Shown here piece after piece: positions 1 through 5,268 of a stretch of DNA of 5,268 nucleotides (position 1 is the stretch's first letter; each line of letters begins with the position of its first letter). The notes below the pieces were generated by a model. That model saw nothing but the letters and a program-made list of their open reading frames with translations. It was not told the DNA's origin and did not search any database. The stretch comes from a virus. Its lineage: Duplodnaviria > Heunggongvirae > Uroviricota > Caudoviricetes. Made by a program: the position numbers and the translations under genes. Where the stretch lies: the IMG/VR virus record IMGVR_UViG_2681813234_000003, one strand, 5' to 3'.

Positions 1-1967
<1,967 letters not shown>

Positions 1968-1987
<20 letters not shown>

Positions 1988-3299
1988 TCTCCCGCATATT
2001 GCCAGCATGGCTTTTAATGAGCCGCTGATGCTTGAATCCGCCTATGCGCGGGTTTTCTTTTGTGCGCTTGCAGGCCAGCTTGGGATCAGCCGCCTGACGG
2101 ATGCAGTATCCGGCGACAGCCTGACTGCCGGAGAGGCACCCGCGGCGCTGGCGTTATCCGGTGATGATGACGGACCACGACAGGCCCGCAGTTATCAGGT
2201 CATGAACGGCATCGCCGTGCTGCCGGTTTCCGGCACGCTGGTCAGCCGGACACGGGCGCTGCAGCCGTATTCGGGGATGACCGGTTACAACGGCATTATC
2301 GCCCGTCTGCAACAGGCTGCCAGCGACCCGATGGTGGACGGCATTCTGCTCGATATGGACACACCGGGCGGGATGGTGGCGGGAGCATTTGACTGTGCTG
2401 ACATCATCGCCCGTGTGCGAGACATAAAACCGGTATGGGCGCTGGCAAATGACATGAACTGCAGTGCAGGTCAGCTGCTTGCCAGCGCCGCCTCCCGGCG
2501 TCTGGTCACGCAGACCGCCCGGACAGGCTCCATCGGCGTCATGATGGCTCACAGTAATTACGGTGCTGCCCTGGAGAAACAGGGCGTGGAAATCACGCTG
2601 ATTTACAGCGGCAGCCATAAGGTGGATGGCAATCCCTACAGCCATCTTCCGGATGACGTCCGGGAGACACTGCAGTCCCGGATGGACGCAACCCGCCAGA
2701 TGTTTGCGCAGAAGGTGTCGGCATATACCGGCCTGTCTGTGCAGGCTGTGCTGGATACCGAGGCTGCAGTGTACAGCGGTCAGGAGGCCATTGATGCCGG
2801 ACTGGCTGATGAACTTGTTAACAGCACCGATGCGATCACCGCCATGCGTGATGCACTGGATGCACGTAAATCCCGTCTCTCAGGAGGGCGAATGACCAAA
2901 GAGACTCAATCAACAACTGTTTCAGCCACTGCTTCGCAGGCTGACATCACCACCGTGGAGCCTGCGAAGGAGGGCGAAAACGCCAGCGCGGCGCAGCCGG
3001 ATGTGAACGCACAGATCACCGCAGCGGTTGCGGCAGAAAACAGCCGCATTATGGGGATCCTCAACTGTGAGGAGGCTCACGGACGCGAAGAACAGGCGCG
3101 CGTTCTGGCAGAAACCCCCGGAATGACCGTGGAAACGGCCCGCCGCATTCTGGCCGCAGCACCACAGAGTGCACAGGCGCGCAGTGACACTGCGCTGGAT
3201 CGTCTGATGCAGGGTGCACCGGCACCGCTGGCTGCAGGTAACCTGGCATCTGATACCAATAAAGAATTACTTAATACACCTGAAGCTTTACCGGTATAA
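1968..3299 (+). CDS. C: Head maturation protease gpC (443 aa; serine protease N-terminal domain fused to a scaffold-like C-terminal region)
   Basis: GTG at 1968-1970 is preceded by GAGGAGGAG at 1955-1963 and gives MTAELRNLPHIASMAFNEPLMLESAYARVFF..., matching the lambda gpC N-terminus as I recall it. The track ORF 1821..3299 is the same frame extended to an upstream GTG with no Shine-Dalgarno. The product is 4 codons longer than the 439 aa I recall for lambda. The putative catalytic serine sits in N-C-S-A-G at codon 166 (nt 2463-2465). Confidence 0.9.
2682..3299 (+). CDS. Nu3: Scaffolding protein gpNu3, nested in frame within C and sharing its C-terminus (205 aa if the start is 2682)
   Basis: The in-frame ATG at 2682-2684 (MDATRQMFAQKV...) is codon 239 of C, the same offset as the annotated lambda Nu3 start by my recollection of lambda coordinates. 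The start is uncertain: this ATG has no good Shine-Dalgarno, whereas a downstream in-frame ATG at 2892 has a strong one. Confidence 0.6.
   Translation: MDATRQMFAQKVSAYTGLSVQAVLDTEAAVYSGQEAIDAGLADELVNSTDAITAMRDALDARKSRLSGGRMTKETQSTTVSATASQADITTVEPAKEGENASAAQPDVNAQITAAVAAENSRIMGILNCEEAHGREEQARVLAETPGMTVETARRILAAAPQSAQARSDTALDRLMQGAPAPLAAGNLASDTNKELLNTPEALPV
2882..2894 (+). promoter_or_regulatory. Strong internal Shine-Dalgarno (AGGAGGG) plus in-frame ATG inside C/Nu3
   Basis: AGGAGGG at 2882-2888 is followed 3 nt later by ATG at 2892-2894, which is in the C/Nu3 reading frame (codon 309 of C). Initiation here would give a 135-aa C-terminal product. Confidence 0.35.
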
Positions 3300-3308
3300 G
3301 AGGCAGTT

Positions 3309-3641
3309 ATGGCGACAAAAGAAGAGTTTAACCATTACCAGCCGCTGGGTAACAGTGATCCGGCTCATACAGCAATTGCGCCTGGCGGATTGAGTGCGAA
3401 AACGCCTGCAATGACCCCACTGATGCTGGATGGCACTACCCGTAAGCTGGTTGTGTGGGATGGCACCACCGACGGTGCAGCCGTTGGCATTCTGGCGGTT
3501 GCTGCTGACCAGACCAGCACCACACTGACGTTCTACAAGTCCGGCTCGTTCCGTTATGAGGATGTGCTCTGGCCGGAGGCTGCCAGCGACGAGACGAAAA
3601 AACGGACCGCGTTTGCCGGAACGGCAATCAGCATCGTTTAA
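3309..3641 (+). CDS. D: Head decoration protein gpD (110 aa)
   Basis: Supplied ORF 3309..3641. The C-terminal part (...[59 protein letters not shown]) is essentially the lambda gpD sequence as I recall it, while the N-terminal third carries several substitutions. AAGAGG at 3298-3303 lies 5 nt upstream of the ATG. Confidence 0.95.
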   Translation: MATKEEFNHYQPLGNSDPAHTAIAPGGLSAKTPAMTPLMLDGTTRKLVVWDGTTDGAAVGILAVAADQTSTTLTFYKSGSFRYEDVLWPEAASDETKKRTAFAGTAISIV

Positions 3642-3658
3642 TCTTCCCCTTCATCAAC

Positions 3659-3683
3659 AAAGGCCGCCTGTGCGGCTTTTTTT
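3659..3683 (+). terminator. D-E intergenic hairpin with U-tract (terminator-like; possibly an attenuator or RNA-stability element)
   Basis: AAA (3659-3661), stem GCCGC (3663-3667), loop CTGT, stem GCGGC (3672-3676), then TTTTTTT (3677-3683). This is the geometry of an intrinsic terminator, and the A-tract/T-tract flanks make it symmetric. Confidence 0.4.
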
Positions 3684-3696
3684 ATGGAAATAATTT

Positions 3697-4722
3697 ATGT
3701 CTGTATATACAACTGCAGAATTACTGGCATCGACCCAGCATCACTTTAAGTTCGATCCGCTGTTTCTGCGCCTGTTTTTCCGTGAAACCTATCCTTTCAC
3801 CACGGAAAAAGTCTATCTCTCACAAATTCCGGGACTGGTAAACATGGCGCTGTACGTTTCGCCGATTGTTTCCGGTGAGGTTATCCGCTCCCGTGGCGGC
3901 TCCACCTCTGAATTTACGCCGGGTTATGTCAAACCCAAGCATGAGGTGAATCCGCAGATGACCCTGCGTCGCCTGCCGGATGAAGATCCGCAGAACCTGG
4001 CTGACCCGGCTTACCGTCGTCGCCGTATTATTCGGCAGAATATGCTGGATGAAAATCTGGCGATTGCCCAGGTCGAAGAGATGCAGGCAGTTTCTGCCGT
4101 GCTTAAGGGCAAATATACCATGACCGGTGAAGCCTTCGATCCGGTTGAGGTGGATATGGGCCGCAGTGAGGCGAATAACATCACGCAGTCCGGCGGCACG
4201 GAGTGGAGCAAGCGTGACAAGTCCACGTATGACCCGACCGACGATATCGAAGCCTACGCGCTGAACGCCAGCGGTGTGGTGAATATCATCGTGTTTGATC
4301 CGAAAGGCTGGGCGCTGTTCCGTTCCTTCAAAGCCGTCAGGGAGAAGCTGGATACCCGTCGCGGCTCTCATTCCGAGCTGGAGACAGCGGTAAAAGACCT
4401 GGGCAAAGCGGTGTCCTATAAGGGAATGTATGGCGATGTGGCCATCGTCGTGTATTCCGGACAGTACGTGGAAAACGGCGTCAAAAAGAACTTCCTGCCG
4501 GACAACACGATGGTGCTGGGGAACACTCAGGCTCGCGGTCTGCGCACCTATGGCTGCATTCAGGATGCGGACGCACAGCGCGAAGGCATTAACGCCTCTG
4601 CCCGTTACCCGAAAAACTGGGTGACCACCGGCGATCCGGCGCGTGAGTTCACCATGATTCAGTCAGCACCGCTGATGCTGCTGGCTGACCCTGATGAGTT
4701 CGTTTCCGTACAACTGGCGTAA
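3697..4722 (+). CDS. E: Major capsid protein gpE (341 aa, HK97-fold)
   Basis: Supplied ORF 3697..4722, 341 aa. The sequence (MSVYTTAELLAS...FKFDPLFLRLFFRETYPFTTEKVYLSQIPGLVNMALYVSPIVSGEVIRSRGGSTSEF...PDEFVSVQLA) is nearly identical to lambda gpE as I recall it. Confidence 0.96.
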   Translation: MSVYTTAELLASTQHHFKFDPLFLRLFFRETYPFTTEKVYLSQIPGLVNMALYVSPIVSGEVIRSRGGSTSEFTPGYVKPKHEVNPQMTLRRLPDEDPQNLADPAYRRRRIIRQNMLDENLAIAQVEEMQAVSAVLKGKYTMTGEAFDPVEVDMGRSEANNITQSGGTEWSKRDKSTYDPTDDIEAYALNASGVVNIIVFDPKGWALFRSFKAVREKLDTRRGSHSELETAVKDLGKAVSYKGMYGDVAIVVYSGQYVENGVKKNFLPDNTMVLGNTQARGLRTYGCIQDADAQREGINASARYPKNWVTTGDPAREFTMIQSAPLMLLADPDEFVSVQLA

Positions 4723-4726
4723 TCGT

Positions 4727-4740
4727 GGCCCTTCGGGGCC
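4727..4740 (+). other. E-FI intergenic stem-loop with UUCG tetraloop
   Basis: GGCCC (4727-4731), TTCG (4732-4735), GGGCC (4736-4740), starting 5 nt after the E stop and followed by ATTTTCTCTC. The stem is a perfect 5-bp GC stem; the downstream U-tract is interrupted, so it is more likely an mRNA structural or stability element than an efficient terminator. Confidence 0.35.
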
Positions 4741-4763
4741 ATTTTCTCTCTGTGGAGGAGTTC

Positions 4764-5150
4764 ATGACGAAAGATGAACTGATTGCCCGTCTTCAGGAGC
4801 TGGGTGAGCAACTGAACCGCGATGTCAGTTTGACGGGAACGAAAGAAGAACTGGCGCTCCGTGTGGCAGAGCTGGAAGAGGAGCTTGATGACACTGCCGA
4901 TCAGGATACCCCTATCAGCCCGGAAAATGCGCTGACCGGACATGAAAATGAGGTTGTATCAGCGCAGCCGGATACCGTGACTGATACGGCTGCTCTGGTC
5001 ACGGTCGTGGCACTGGTGACGCTGCATACTGATGCACTTCACGCCACGCGGGATGAGGCTGTGGCATTTGTGCTGCCGGGAACGGCGTTCCGTGTCTCTG
5101 CCGGTGTGGCAGCCGAAATGACAGAGCGCGGCCTGGCCAGAATGCAATAA
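4764..5150 (+). CDS. FI: DNA-packaging accessory protein gpFI (128 aa)
   Basis: ATG at 4764 is preceded by GGAGGAG at 4754-4760 and gives MTKDELIARLQELGEQLNRDVSLTGTKEELALRVAELEEELDD...AEMTERGLARMQ, matching lambda gpFI as I recall it. The track ORF 4725..5150 starts at an upstream GTG and would run through the E-FI hairpin, so the shorter start is preferred. The product is about 4 codons shorter than the 132 aa I recall for lambda. Confidence 0.88.
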   Translation: MTKDELIARLQELGEQLNRDVSLTGTKEELALRVAELEEELDDTADQDTPISPENALTGHENEVVSAQPDTVTDTAALVTVVALVTLHTDALHATRDEAVAFVLPGTAFRVSAGVAAEMTERGLARMQ

Positions 5151-5161
5151 CGGGAGGCGCT

Positions 5162-5268
5162 GTGGCTGATTTCGATAACCTGTTCGATGCTGCCATTGCC
5201 CGCGCCGATGAAACGATACGCGGGTACATGGGAACGTCAGCCACCATGACATCCGGTGAGCAGTCAGG
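5162..5268 (+). CDS. FII: Head-tail connector protein gpFII, N-terminal fragment (3' end lies outside the window)
   Basis: GTG at 5162-5164 is preceded by GGGAGG at 5152-5157, and the frame stays open to the window end, giving (M)ADFDNLFDAAIARADETIRGYMGTSATMTSGEQS. This matches the lambda gpFII N-terminus as I recall it. It is absent from the ORF track because no stop falls inside the window. Confidence 0.8.
   Translation, partial: MADFDNLFDAAIARADETIRGYMGTSATMTSGEQS

Noticed and set aside
3642-3696. Possible sigma70 promoter in the D-E spacer (TTCATC … TATGGA-like hexamers)
   Set aside because: The hexamers are poor matches with unconvincing spacing. Late genes in lambdoid phages are transcribed from the distant Q-antiterminated late promoter, and the region is better explained by the hairpin and U-tract.
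4725-4763. Upstream GTG at 4725 that would extend FI by 13 codons (track ORF 4725..5150)
   Set aside because: The extension would be translated through the stable GGCCC-UUCG-GGGCC hairpin and has no Shine-Dalgarno, while the ATG at 4764 has GGAGGAG properly spaced and gives the expected MTKDELIARL N-terminus.

Overview
This window is the head-morphogenesis block of a phage lambda-like (lambdoid) genome, all on the + strand: the 3' end of terminase large subunit A, then W, B (portal), C (protease) with Nu3 (scaffold) nested in frame, D (decoration), E (major capsid), FI, and the 5' end of FII. Genes are tightly packed with overlapping or near-abutting starts and stops; the only intergenic gaps are C-D (9 nt), D-E (55 nt), E-FI (41 nt) and FI-FII (11 nt), and the two longer ones each carry a small GC hairpin. 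I see no RNA genes, CRISPR array, insertion sequence or unexplained coding capacity, so I do not find a novel system here; this is a well-characterised structural operon. The points worth a second look are modest: a strong Shine-Dalgarno plus in-frame ATG deep inside C/Nu3, the two intergenic hairpins flanking E, and patchy divergence from lambda as I recall it. All identifications rest on reading the translations and recalling lambda protein sequences and coordinates; no database search was run.
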